In this document: positions 39,191-53,585 of the stretch, piece after piece | Layout: every line of letters starts with the position of its first letter | Numbering within the stretch: position 1 is the stretch's first letter | NCBI RefSeq assembly: GCF_000143415.4 | Contig: NW_003314410.1 | Span: 170,115-234,114, forward strand | Length of the DNA stretch: 64,000 nucleotides | Direction: 5' to 3' | Source of the DNA: Selaginella moellendorffii | Taxonomy: Eukaryota; Plantae; Lycopodiophyta | The notes under the pieces: generated by a model | The model's database searches: none | What the model was told of the DNA's origin: nothing | The model's input: only the letters and a program-made list of their open reading frames with translations | Program-made: the position numbers and the translations under genes

Positions 39191-39945
39191 ATGGAAGAGG
39201 AGCTAGCGCACAGGACACGGTCGTTCAAGCCGTCACCGATCCAGAAGCTCTCGCATCTCGCTCAGCAGCGCAATGCGATCAACTTAGCGGAAGGTAAAAC
39301 TGATATTCTCGGGTGTTTGTGTTCTAGCGGAGAGGTTTCCCAGGGTTTCCAGATTTCCCAGCTCCGCCAGAGGTGAAGGAGGCCGCAAGGGATGCCATTG
39401 GAGCAGACTTCAATCAGTACAGGTGGTTTGGGAGCTCGTTTTGCATGGTTTCTTACATTTCTTTTTCACAAGGCATGTACAAGGTGTTTGCAACAAAGTG
39501 GCCGAGCATTTTGAGCATTTCCAGGGTGTGAAGGTTGACTCCAAGTCCGACATTGTGCTTTGCTGCGGTCAATCGGAAGCTCTCGCTGCCGTGACTTTCG
39601 CTAGTGAGTTCGAACAGATCTTCATTTTCACTCTTGGTCCTCTTCTTTTAGTTGTTGATCGTGACGACGAAGTGATTCTTTTGGAACCGGTCTATGAGAC
39701 GTACGAATCTTGCATCATAATGGCTGGAGGCAAGCCAGTTGAGCCAACTGGCTGATGAATCTTCATCGCTAATATACTTTCCTTCTCTGTTGCCATACAG
39801 GTTTTCGTGCCTTTAACGCCTCTGCTGTGGACGTTGGATTCAGAGAAGCTCAAAAGGAGCATCACCTCTAGAACCAAGGCGATTGTGATTAACAGGTATC
39901 TTGAGTAGCTTTCCTTGTGTCCTGGACTCGGTCAGCCCTCAATCT
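39191..39945 (+). pseudogene. 5' half of the PLP aminotransferase, truncated
   Basis: Near-identical to 43659-44445 (15-bp deletion near the start) but ends at the SPHNPTG exon; lacks the PLP-Lys exon. Confidence 0.85.
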
Positions 39946-41204
39946 GACAATCTGACTGGAGCGATATATGGCATTGTAGCCGTACACTTGGCTCTCACAC
40001 TTTTATTTTATTTTAATATAGTCTAATTTCATTTTATTATGACAATAATCTAGGGTTAGGGCCACCCCTGTTTAGGGTTTGGTGTAATTATGATTACACT
40101 TTTGCCTTTTATTCTCCTGCTATCTTCATCATGTAGGTGTTCTAGCATTTTCATTGCTTTTCTTTTGTTTTAGGCACATGGGTTAAAAATGATGAAAAGA
40201 GGGGAAACCTAAAGGAGGGATCCTCCAAATGTGGGTAATGCTCTATTGTTGTTATGCCTTAGCACATGAGCAAGTTTAGAGAATGATTATAAAAAACCCT
40301 CTCACCCATATACAGTCTACATCCCATTCCCATCCTTCTTCTAATTGGAGGTTTTCTTTCACACTTGTCCAACATGATTAATGTGAGCAACAGTAGCAAC
40401 AACAATAATAACAATATACACAATTTCAAATCTCTTGATTGAATACCAACACACGCATTGGCTTGCATACTCCTAGACCATCTTCTTTTTTAAGGCCACA
40501 TAACATCACCAAGCACACACCAACATGGTCAACTCCAACTCTCAAAAGGATGTATGTGAGTGGTTAACTTTTTGTGTTTCCTATTTGCAATGCTCACTTT
40601 TTAATGGTTTTTTTTAGTCACAATTTGATACATTTGCCACACTAGTGTCTAGACAACACTTGACAAGTAGATTTTCTAGCCCCTAGCACTACACTCTCTT
40701 GATGGGCTCCTTAACATCTTTTGAAGGTCTAATGATGGATTGCTATTGAGAGGTGGTAGCTTATGCATTGCCAACTGAGCCATCAGTAAGATTTATTTCT
40801 TTGAAGTTTTTCATAGCTAAAATGTCTCCATTCAGACTCTAGGTGGCTAACATTAAGAACCTTGCGTGAAGATTATAAAGATCATGGATATCAAGTTTAA
40901 GCTATCAGAGTGTTTAGAATAGAGTAGTGTGTACTAGATAAATGCTTTTATTCAAGAGATGACACAATATGATATTTGTGATATGCTCCAATGTCCTTCA
41001 CACAACTTACTGGCCAATTTATTTACACCACTTGATGCTTTTGTGAAGTAGTTTTGCAAGATATAAGGAATATCAATGCATGTTGAGACTCAAGTTTGGA
41101 GAGAGCTCTTTGAAACTTTGCTTTTGGAATACTATGATTACATAGGCTATAATTTGCAAAAGTGAAATAGAAAACTATCTTTAGTTATCTATTTATACAA
41201 TACA

Positions 41205-42021
41205 TAGTAAGAGAGGTTTATGGAATTAGTTTGGCCAAAAAAGGCTAATGTGACCAAGGAAAGCTACACTTAATATAACCCATGTGAATATAAATAGACG
41301 AGTGGGGTAATTTAGTGACGTGTTCAAAAATTAATTGCTCCCCCCAAAAGATGAAATGATTGATGCTTGCAATACTTACTTGGATACCTTATGTAGCTCA
41401 TTAGAACCTAGTTTTAGTTACATGGCTAGAGCACTCTAGTGGTGGAAGGTGGGGGGAGTACCCATGAAACTCATGTTATGCCACAATGAAACTCATGTTA
41501 TGTCACAATGTTTCAAAATGTCATTCTAAAATCCTAGATTATAGAATGGAAAAGGAGTAATTTTTTTGCTTAGTGATTAAAAATATGATTACATAGTGAA
41601 GAAGTTCTAAAAGTTAATGGAATTTAATGGATGGGTCTTTAAACCCTAGACCAGTGGTGGTGTTAATAAGCATTGCCATAAATGAAAATAAACTTGGTGG
41701 GGATCGAAAAATGAATATTAGAGAATGGTGTTCTTTATGTCTTGAGACATCTTAAAGATGCTAAGATATAGTCATTGGATGACTACTCATAAATAGATGG
41801 CCTAGTTTGGAAAAATGAGATTGTGGTACAAATGGTCTTGGAAATATTAAAAATGTATATAACCTTCATGTAGGATTTTACATGTGAAACACTTAGACCA
41901 AGTGTGAGGTCAATATAATCGTGAGAACACATATAAAGCTAGCAAATGCCCTAAATTGAGGTTAAATGGTCAAAAACATAATTAAATGACTGAACTAGAA
42001 TGCAAAATTTATTCATTTATA
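41205..42021 (+). mobile_element. Old diverged LTR fragment, same family, opposite orientation
   Basis: 41745-41830 matches the reverse complement of 6290-6375, 41220-41270 that of ~6875-6925, and 41986-42021 matches the LTR terminus. Confidence 0.7.
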
Positions 42022-42069
42022 AATAATAAATAATTTTGTGTGGCAATATTCAAAAAACTTACAATTAAC

Positions 42070-42297
42070 TAGATTGAGGCCTTTTCACTTTCATGAAAAA
42101 ATCAAGGTTTTCATGTTTGCAAGGTTAATGCAGAACAATGTAAGCTCAATTTCCTTACTGAGTTGGTTTCAAGTAGAGTTTATCATGGACCTGCTGGAGT
42201 TGCAGTCTGTGTTCTTTGGTTATGAGAATCAGGTAGCTTTTTGTGAACTTTGGTAGTAGCCGAAACTCTTTTGCTTGCTCTGCATCTTAACAGGAAA
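42070..42297 (+). pseudogene. 3' remnant of the aminotransferase downstream of MTPSL copy 4
   Basis: Same remnant blocks (tttgcaaggtt, gtagagtttatcatgga, gctggagttgca, ttggttatgagaatc). Confidence 0.75.
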
Positions 42298-42328
42298 CTT
42301 TATGTTTTATTTTTCATGGCCTTTTCAT

Positions 42329-43435
42329 TCAAACTTGCAGATGGGGATGAGTTGGTTTGTACTCGGGGAGTATGATAGTCTGTGTATCATGAAACAACCA
42401 AGTCCCACTGAATGGCTCTCCTGTTACAAATGGATTATCAACACCGTGGTACCGAGCTGCGAGGTAGTGCCAACGTAGATTTCCAGGGATGAAAGCCGGA
42501 ATCGCTCTAAGGTACGCCAGAAAGTCGTGGTTGCCAGATTCCATCGCTTTCCTCGTCAGGATCTCGTGGTAATACATGAATTCTTGTTCTTTTTCCTGAA
42601 TCATGGCGTTCGCCTTATCAACTGCCTGTTGAACAGAGCGAACGGTGTGGTCCGTGAAGAGCAAGAGAAAAATTATGTTCTTGAAAGTTTTCTTCCTCAG
42701 CTCCTTTGGGAATGAAAAGATGTCGTTCACCAGCCACATATGATCAAACATGGCATCTATTGCCCGGAGGTACTCCTCGCTTTCCAGATCCTTGTCTCTC
42801 AGCTCGACTCCCAGGCACATCTGCGTGAAGTTAAGCATCGGCTTGACAACGTAGTCCTCCCGGCGATGCACAGCGTAAGACTCTTTCGTGAACTCCTCTT
42901 CGTCGACTTTGGCCGAGTAGCAGCCAACAAATTTCCTGTACGAGACGAGCAGCCGCTGGAAGAGGAGCGGCGACATGAGCTTCCGCAGATCCGGGACGAG
43001 CTCGGCTTGGGCGACGAGCACGGGTTTGTTGGGAACTTGGGCGATGGATCTTTGACCGGAGGCAAGGCTCATGTAAGCTTCCAGGATCTCGTCCCGCTGC
43101 GAAGGCTCCTCGTCGACAGCATCGTCGAGAATGGTGATGAGCCAGGTGTACTTGGCGGCCGCTAGAGCGTGCCTGGAGTTGCCCCAAGGCACAACAAAGG
43201 TGCCGTAGAGTGGCATCCTCCACTGGGTGAAGTATTTCTTATCGGCAGCGGCATTGGTGGCATTGATCTTGAGGAAGCGAAAGGCCCAATCGTTCGCCTG
43301 TCTGGAGACGGAGGCGTAGTCTGGGTGGCACTGCAATGGCAGCGAGCAGCGAATTTGAGGCAAGTAGATGCTCTTGCAGGCGAGGAGCTGCTCAAGAATT
43401 TGGGGACGACAGATAGAAGGCGCGGCCATTCGCAT
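42329..43435 (-). CDS. MTPSL: MTPSL copy 4, intronless, intact
   Basis: 368 aa; motifs intact; RREDY variant. Confidence 0.93.
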   Translation of the reverse strand: MRMAAPSICRPQILEQLLACKSIYLPQIRCSLPLQCHPDYASVSRQANDWAFRFLKINATNAAADKKYFTQWRMPLYGTFVVPWGNSRHALAAAKYTWLITILDDAVDEEPSQRDEILEAYMSLASGQRSIAQVPNKPVLVAQAELVPDLRKLMSPLLFQRLLVSYRKFVGCYSAKVDEEEFTKESYAVHRREDYVVKPMLNFTQMCLGVELRDKDLESEEYLRAIDAMFDHMWLVNDIFSFPKELRKKTFKNIIFLLLFTDHTVRSVQQAVDKANAMIQEKEQEFMYYHEILTRKAMESGNHDFLAYLRAIPAFIPGNLRWHYLAARYHGVDNPFVTGEPFSGTWLFHDTQTIILPEYKPTHPHLQV

Positions 43436-43482
43436 TCACTCTGGAGAAGAACGAGCTTAAGCCCCTCCTTTATTGAGGCCTA

Positions 43483-43570
43483 GTGACATTTGATCTCTCT
43501 ATTGAGGTGTGACCAGCGAGATAAACGTGACATTTGATCTCTCTATTGAGGTGTGACCAGCGATATAAAC
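43483..43570. repeat. 44-bp direct tandem duplication in the MTPSL4/aminotransferase intergenic region
   Basis: gtgacatttgatctctctattgaggtgtgaccagcga(g/t)ataaac occurs twice; single copy at ~39061-39104. Confidence 0.95.
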
Positions 43571-43658
43571 GTGAGGAAGAGCTCTTGTATAGCTGTTAGA
43601 GGCCTGTAGGTCCTGTTAGTACGACTCCATGAACCTCATTAAATAACCACATCTTCTC

Positions 43659-45310
43659 ATGGAAGAGGAGGGTTTTTGCCGCTGGCTAGCGCACAGGACA
43701 CGGTCGTTCAAGCCGTCACCGATACAGAAGCTCTCGCATCTCGCTCAGCAGCGCAATGCGATCAATCTAGCGGAAGGTAAAACTGATATTCTCGGGTGTT
43801 TGTGTTCTAGCGGAGAGGTTTTCCAGGGTTTCCAGATTTCCCAGCTCCGCCAGAGGTGAAGGAGGCCGCAAGGGATGCCATTGGAGCAGACTTCAATCAG
43901 TACAGGTGGTTTGGGAGCTCGTTTTGCATGGTTTCTTACATTTCTTTTTCACAAGGCATGTACAAGGTGTTTGCGACAAAGTGGCCGAGCATTTTGAGCA
44001 TTTCCAGGGTGTGAAGGTTGACTCCAAGTCCGGCATTGTGCTTTGCTGCGGTCAATCGGAAGCTCTCGCTGCCGCGACTTTCGCTGGTGAGTTCGAACAG
44101 ATCTTCTTTTTCACTCTTGGTCCTCTTCTTTTAGTTGTTGATCGTGACGACGAAGTGATTCTCTTGGAACCGGTCTATGAGACGTACGAATCTTGCATCA
44201 TAATGGCTGGAGGCAAGCCAGTTAAGCCAACTGGCTGATGAATCTTCATTGCTAATATACTTTCCTTCTCTGTTGCCATGCAGGTTTTCGTGCCTTTAAC
44301 GCCTCCGCTGTGGACGTTGGATTCAGAGAAGCTCGAAAGGAGCATCACCTCTAGAACCAAGGCGATTGTGATTAACAGGTATCTCGAGTGGCTTTCCTTG
44401 TGTTCTTGACTCGGTATGCGATTGTGGCAGCCCTCACAATCCGACTGGAAAGGTTTTTGCGATAGAGGAACTTAAAGAGATAGCGCAGCTCTGTTGTAAG
44501 CACGATCTACTTGCTATAACAGACGAGGTAGTAGAGAAAGGATCTTTCCATGGGTTACGCATTTTTAACAGGTGTACGAGCACATAGTGTTTCCTGGAGC
44601 AACACACGTGAGTATTGCATCACTGCCAGGCATGCTCGAGAGGACGATAGTCACCTCTTCGATTTCAAAGACATACTCGGTGACTGGTATGGATGTCAAG
44701 ATGCGTAATTCTTGCTGCTATTCTACCTATTCCGTGAAGGGTGGCGTGTTGGCTGGGCTATAGCACCGATTCAGCTGGCGTCTGCCATAAGAAACATACA
44801 CGTCAAGCTTACGGATTCCGCTCCTTCACCTTTCCAAGTGGCGGCTTTGGTCGCGTTGCAGAGCAGTCACGATTTCTATGCAAAGCTCAAAAATGTAAGA
44901 TTCATGAAAATTTTGTTTTGTTTCCGACAGTCTTTGTACTTTGTGTGCAGTGCTACCGGGAAAGAGGCGAATACATAAAGAAAGTCCTAGTTGAAGCTGG
45001 TTTTGAGGTACCGTTTGCGGCTCAGGGATCGTTTTTCGTCTTTGCAAGGTTGCCGGATGCTATGAAGCAAAACGATGTAAGCCCCCGGATTTTCACTCAG
45101 CTCAGTTCTTTGAATTGTTTTGTTCAGATAGAGTTTGTCACGGATCTAATAAACCGCGCTGGAGTTGCACTAGTTCCTGGCTCCGCTTTCTTTCGATCGA
45201 ACGAACTTGGTTATGAGAATCGCTACGTGAGAGTAGCTTTTTGCAAAGAGATGGCAACTTTGGTAGCAGCCGAAAGAGCATTGAAGAAGGCAAAACCTTT
45301 TGCTTTGTAA
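43659..45310 (+). CDS. PLP-dependent class I/II aminotransferase (kynurenine aminotransferase / glutamine transaminase K / YbdL-like), multi-exon
   Basis: AINLAEG|FPDFPAP, FNQY, CCGQSEA, EPVYETY, INSPHNPTG, DE|VYEH, SSISKTYSVTG|WRVG (PLP Lys), GVALVPGSAF, YVRVAFCK. Confidence 0.92.
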
Positions 45311-45663
45311 TCTTAACAGAAGACTATCTAATTCTTCCTGCTTGCTTGCACACTCTTTCTTGAATGACTTACTGTTATAGCATTCAAACTTGATGTGCTG
45401 CTACCATCATTCCTTTTTGCCAAAATTTCTTAAAGAAGGAATCAATCTCCATAAGAAGTACTAAATGGATCTCAACTGACAAACGAATCATCTTGTTCGA
45501 ATATAAAAGAATACTTTTCTTTTTAAAACTAAAGAGAAAATAAGTTCTTTGATGATGTTATAAAAATTGTAGTCAATAGCCATTGTACAATTTATTGATA
45601 AAATCAGAGTATATATTAAATGTGTTACTAAATATATAGAGCATCCAAATGACTTAATAAAAA

Positions 45664-46386
45664 GTGAGGTAGTGACAATGTAGATTTCCAGGGATAAAAG
45701 CCGGAATCGCTCGAAGGTACGCAAGAAAGTCGCGGTTGCCAAATTCCATCGCGTTCTTCTTCAACATTGACTTATGGATCCAAACATCTTCTCTTTCATG
45801 AACTCCTCTTCGTCGACTTTGGCAGAGTAACAGCCGACAAATTTCCTGTACGAGGCGAGGAGCCTCTGGAAGAGGAGCGGCGACATGAGCTCCCGCAGAT
45901 CCGCGACGAGCTCGGCCTGGGCGACGAGCACGGGCTTGTTGGGAACTTGGGCGATGGATCTTTCACCGGAGGCGAGGCTCAGATGAGTTTTTTATATGTT
46001 TTACTAATAGCCACGATCTAGTCTTATAGATCAAACACTTGTATGCCAACATGTTTTGGACCCGTCCACGTTTTTGGTGTAGGCTTGTCTCGCCGCAAGA
46101 ACAGTATCGTCGAGAATGGTGATGAGCCAGGCGGGCCTGGAGTCGCTCCAAGGCACGGTGAAGGTGCCAAAGAGTGGGATCCTCCATTGAGTGAAGGCTT
46201 TCTTATCGGCATTGGTGGTGATTTTGAGGAAGCCAAGTGCCCAATCGTTTGCCTGTTTGGAGACGGAGACATAGTCTGGGTGTCCACTGCAATGGCAGCG
46301 AGCAGCGAATTTGAGGCAAGTAGAATACAGGCGTGGAGCTGCTCCAGAATATGGAGACGATAGAGAGAAGGCACGGCCATTATCAT
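45664..46386 (-). pseudogene. MTPSL copy 5, heavily decayed
   Basis: MIMAVPSLYRLHILEQL, HPDYVSVSKQANDWA, WLITILDDTV; frameshifts, an insertion at ~45985-46075, a large internal deletion, and a 3' fragment at 45664-45757. Confidence 0.88.
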
Positions 46387-46722
46387 CCAATCCACTCTTT
46401 CGAGACTTTTCTTTCCTTGGAGATTTATCACAGGGCATCAACAATACATGAGAAACATGCCAAACATGGCACAGTGATTCATATACTGTTTATATGGTGG
46501 CACAGCGTCAAGAAGCAAAGGATTCCAAAGACAATATCATCCACAGTGGCTTTGCATTATATAAAAACTTTACAACATTTTAGGCCTGTCAACTATCTTC
46601 CAGATTTGCAGTATATACATGGCGCACATATCTAACAAATTGATCATAGCCTTCCACATTGGACAATTAATACCATCATTTTTTGTTCGGGATGTCTGTG
46701 GTTCGAGTCACGAAGAGACCAG

Positions 46723-46751
46723 TTAGGGTTTATACGAAATGTATAGGGTTT
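46723..46751. promoter_or_regulatory. Telo-box-like elements (TAGGGTTT x2) upstream of the ribosomal protein gene
   Basis: Directly seen; telo-boxes are typical of plant translation-machinery promoters. Confidence 0.5.
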
Positions 46752-46775
46752 AAGCAGGAAATGCGGTGATCGGTG

Positions 46776-48133
46776 ATGGGGCGCTGGCGCTTGGGGCGCG
46801 TCGCGTCCAAGCTCTGGAGCTGGAGATCGTCCTCGCCGCTTTATTCTCAGGTCAGTGCGGCCGCGGGGCGTGATTAGGGTACTTTGCTGATGAATGTAGG
46901 CCTTGTCTTTGCGTTTTCCAGACTTTTGCCTCGAGCAGTATCGCGGAGGAGGGGCCGCAATGGAAGACGACGCCGCTGGCGGGGTCCAAGCTCTCGAGAG
47001 CTTGGATGGCTACCAAGGCGGGAGGTATGGAACAGAGTTTTAGTATAGAGGGATCAAAAGCGCTTGGCCATTTTCCAGGTGGTGGTGGTTCTAAGCGAGC
47101 TATTGAGGACTTCGAGAAGTACGTTCTCGGGAATGCTGGAGGCGAGGAAGAAGAAACCGATTTCCATGACTTTCCCGAGGAGAGTTCCGGGAGCACAGAA
47201 CAGCAGGCTTCCGCTGAGGAGCGGCCGGAGGAGGATGACTTCCTCCAGGAACTGACCCGGATAGAGAAGGGTGCCGATCGAAAGGAGCGGAGGGACAGCT
47301 TGATGACGCAGCGGGGCTACGACGAAGAGAATGTGCCGTTCGACGACGATGTTGATCCGGAAAACCACGAGTCGATGCTGGATCAAGACGACGCGGTCTT
47401 TTGGAGCGAGGAGCTCCAGAAGTTTGTGACTCCGAAAGGGCTATTGAATCTTCCAGGAATGGGAAGGGACGACTTTACCAAGCCATATCAGCTGAGACCA
47501 GACAGGGTCTACTTTCCCGGACAAACTATCGAGCCGGAGGTTTGTTTCTTCATTCGTTTCTAGTTTTTATATTTTGGTGTTCTCTTAGTTTTTCTTCTGT
47601 TCTCATGTCCTCTCATTTTAGGATTTTGATGTTACCAGGATCGCCTCCAGCGATCCAACAGAGATGCCACAACGGCAGAAGAAAGTTATGAAAAAGAACG
47701 AGGTCCTTGCAGCAGCCGACTTCCGGGTATTTCAGTAGCTTACACTTTCTTGTTCTAAAGCACTGTTTCATTCTTTGCATGGGTGCAGAACATAAAGTTC
47801 CTCTCTCTTTTCCTGTCCGAGACGTCGAGAATACTTCCGAGAAAAACCGTAAGAATCTAGTGCCTCATCTTTCTTCCATTGTTTAAACTTGTGTTTTGGC
47901 GTTTGTTATAGACGAGCATCAGCCTGAAGTCCCAAAGGAGAATCGCTCGAGAAATCAAAACAGCTCGATCGCTGGGACTCTTACCATACTCGTCCATGGG
48001 AGATCCACCGTTTCGGTACCTGCGTAACCAGCCAGCGAAAGACGTGGATCCAGAAGACGCGTTTGATGAGTTTGAAGAGGAAGGAAGCGGCCCAGGCGGC
48101 GGTGGTGCTAGATTTCGTCGACGGCTGTTCTAA
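46776..48133 (+). CDS. RPS18: Organellar (probably mitochondrial) ribosomal protein S18 family protein with long acidic N-terminal extension
   Basis: ADFR|NIKFLSLFLSETSRILPRKT|TSISLKSQRRIAREIKTARSLGLLPY (bS18 domain); Arg/Ser-rich presequence-like N-terminus. Confidence 0.82.
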
Positions 48134-48242
48134 AGCTCGAGTATCTGTATCATATAGCTTGAGAGAGAGCCCCTTATAACTTTAGCTCCCATAAATGTGG
48201 AACTTATTTCGTTTCTCGTGACTTCTAACACGTTCGTGATCT

Positions 48243-49775
48243 CTAGCTCGCTTGGCAATCGAGCCGGCCCAAAGCAGCCCTGTGTACTCTCGAATCGCCA
48301 GCAGCGATCACGTTCGTTTTGATTAGCTCTGTGGATATGAAGAAACAAGAATGAATGCGACTCTTTAGTGTTTCGAGAAGAGTTACCTTCGTCAAAGTCC
48401 GGCTTCCACGTTAGTTTGTTGCCTTGCCAATCGGTTATGACTCCTCCAGCGCCTTCCACAACTGGTACCAATGCTAAATAATCGTATGGCTGGAAGAAAA
48501 GGATCTTGTTTTAGAGATGTTTGTAAAACCACTGCTCTCACCTTGAGTCCGGATTCAACCACGAGATCGACATGTCCAGCCGCGAGAAGACCATAGGCAT
48601 AGCAATCGCATCCATACAGAGGAACTTTCACCTGGTACGTTAGAGCACAATCAGATAACGTGAAGGAAAAAAGGAAAAGAAAAGTGGCAAAACACCTCTT
48701 CTCGGACGCGAGCAAAAGCCTGCTCCGAGAGCTTGTCAAACAAGTGCGGGCTCGTGGTGTACCTGGCACCATTGCGAAGTTAGATACTTTGGAAAAGGAC
48801 TGAAAGCAAGAACCAAGCGTGATACAAATAGGCACTGGAGAGCGAATGACACGAACGAGTGCTGATTTCTCGATTGTTGAGTACGGTGGCTTGTCCTGCT
48901 ACACCAAGCCACCGCTCTTTCAAGACCGGTTGATCTATAATCCCAAGTATCTGGAATTTCCAAACCGTGCGGTATAAGAAAAGTCTTCATGTGTGTAAGA
49001 GAAAAAGTGAGAATACTTACTGGAACACCGTTGTGGAGTAACGATATCAGTGTTCCAAAAACTGGCTTCCCTGCAAACGCATGGAGAAAGTGATTAGAAG
49101 AGCACCGAGAAGAATACCAACCAGTGATGAAGCTCTTGGTTCCATCGATCGGGTCTAGGACCCAGGCATACTCTGCAATCGAATCAGGCATGGTCAAGCC
49201 ACCTTCCTCTCCAAAGCTGTAGGAAAGCGATGATACACACGAGAGACTTTGCTGCAAGCTTACACTGCGTGAGAGGGAAAACGTTGGAGAATTAAAGCGC
49301 GCATGGCTTCCTCGGCAGCTTGATCGGCTATAGTCACAGGGCCTGCATTCACCAGAAAGGAGAAGCTTCGAGCAATAAAAAGAAGCACATATACTCAACT
49401 GAGATCAAGCTTATCAATGACCTCGATGCGCGTCCGGAAGTACTTGAGAGTGATCTTGGCGGCAGCGTCGGCGAGCTCGTGTGCTAGACTCACGAATCCA
49501 TCCAGCGTCGCGTCACTGGTTTTTCTCGTCTCGTCCATCGGTAGAACTCGCAAGCTCGAGACAATGCTCATCAAAAGTCAGCAAAAAACCACTACCATGC
49601 ATAGAAAACTATACCTTGATCTTGATTTGCTCCACTGCGAGCGCAGCGCTAGCGACCTGGAATCAAAGCGCTGGCCGGAAGGGAGCGCTCTAGGATCGTA
49701 GACCAGCGATCGCGAGCAGCAGCGCGATCCCGTTCCACAATCCTTGAAAATGCCGCTTCCCAAGATACTATCCAT
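48243..49775 (-). CDS. HISN7: Histidinol-phosphate phosphatase / IMPL2 (inositol monophosphatase family), multi-exon
   Basis: SPVTIADQAAEEAMR, FGEEGG, WVLDPIDGTKSFITG|KPVFGTLI, YGCDCYAYGLLAAGHVDLVVESGLK|PYD, EGAGGVITDW. Confidence 0.92.
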
Positions 49776-49845
49776 CTGCTAGCTACCTAGGGTTCTAGGG
49801 TTTATGGCTTGGATGGATTGCCGATGATTGATAGCTAGAGCGGCA

Positions 49846-53201
<3,356 letters not shown>

Positions 53202-53585
53202 CACAACAGTATATTTTGATCTTATACGGCAAGTAATGGCGTAGTCCTTTATTTTCAAAGATTTGATTTAATACTTGGTTTGTTGTAACAGGAAAATCGA
53301 TCTTTATGTTCGAAAGCAGCAAGCCCGTGACGGCTGGAAAAAAAGGAGAGACCGAAAATCCAAAGCAAATCTGTCAAAAAAAAAGTGCATGGGAGACGTG
53401 TGAAGGACGACGTGGACTAGAATGGCCGATGATGTGGTAGAGGACGTGGCAGAGGACGTGGTGAGAAACCAATTTGTTTCCAGGGCAGAGTGAAAAAGAA
53501 GAAATGGGATGGCTGCGACGTTAGCGGTGGTGGCGGCAGCGGGCTTGGAAGGATTGGGGTAGTAGCTGTAGAGCTTTACAGGGCC

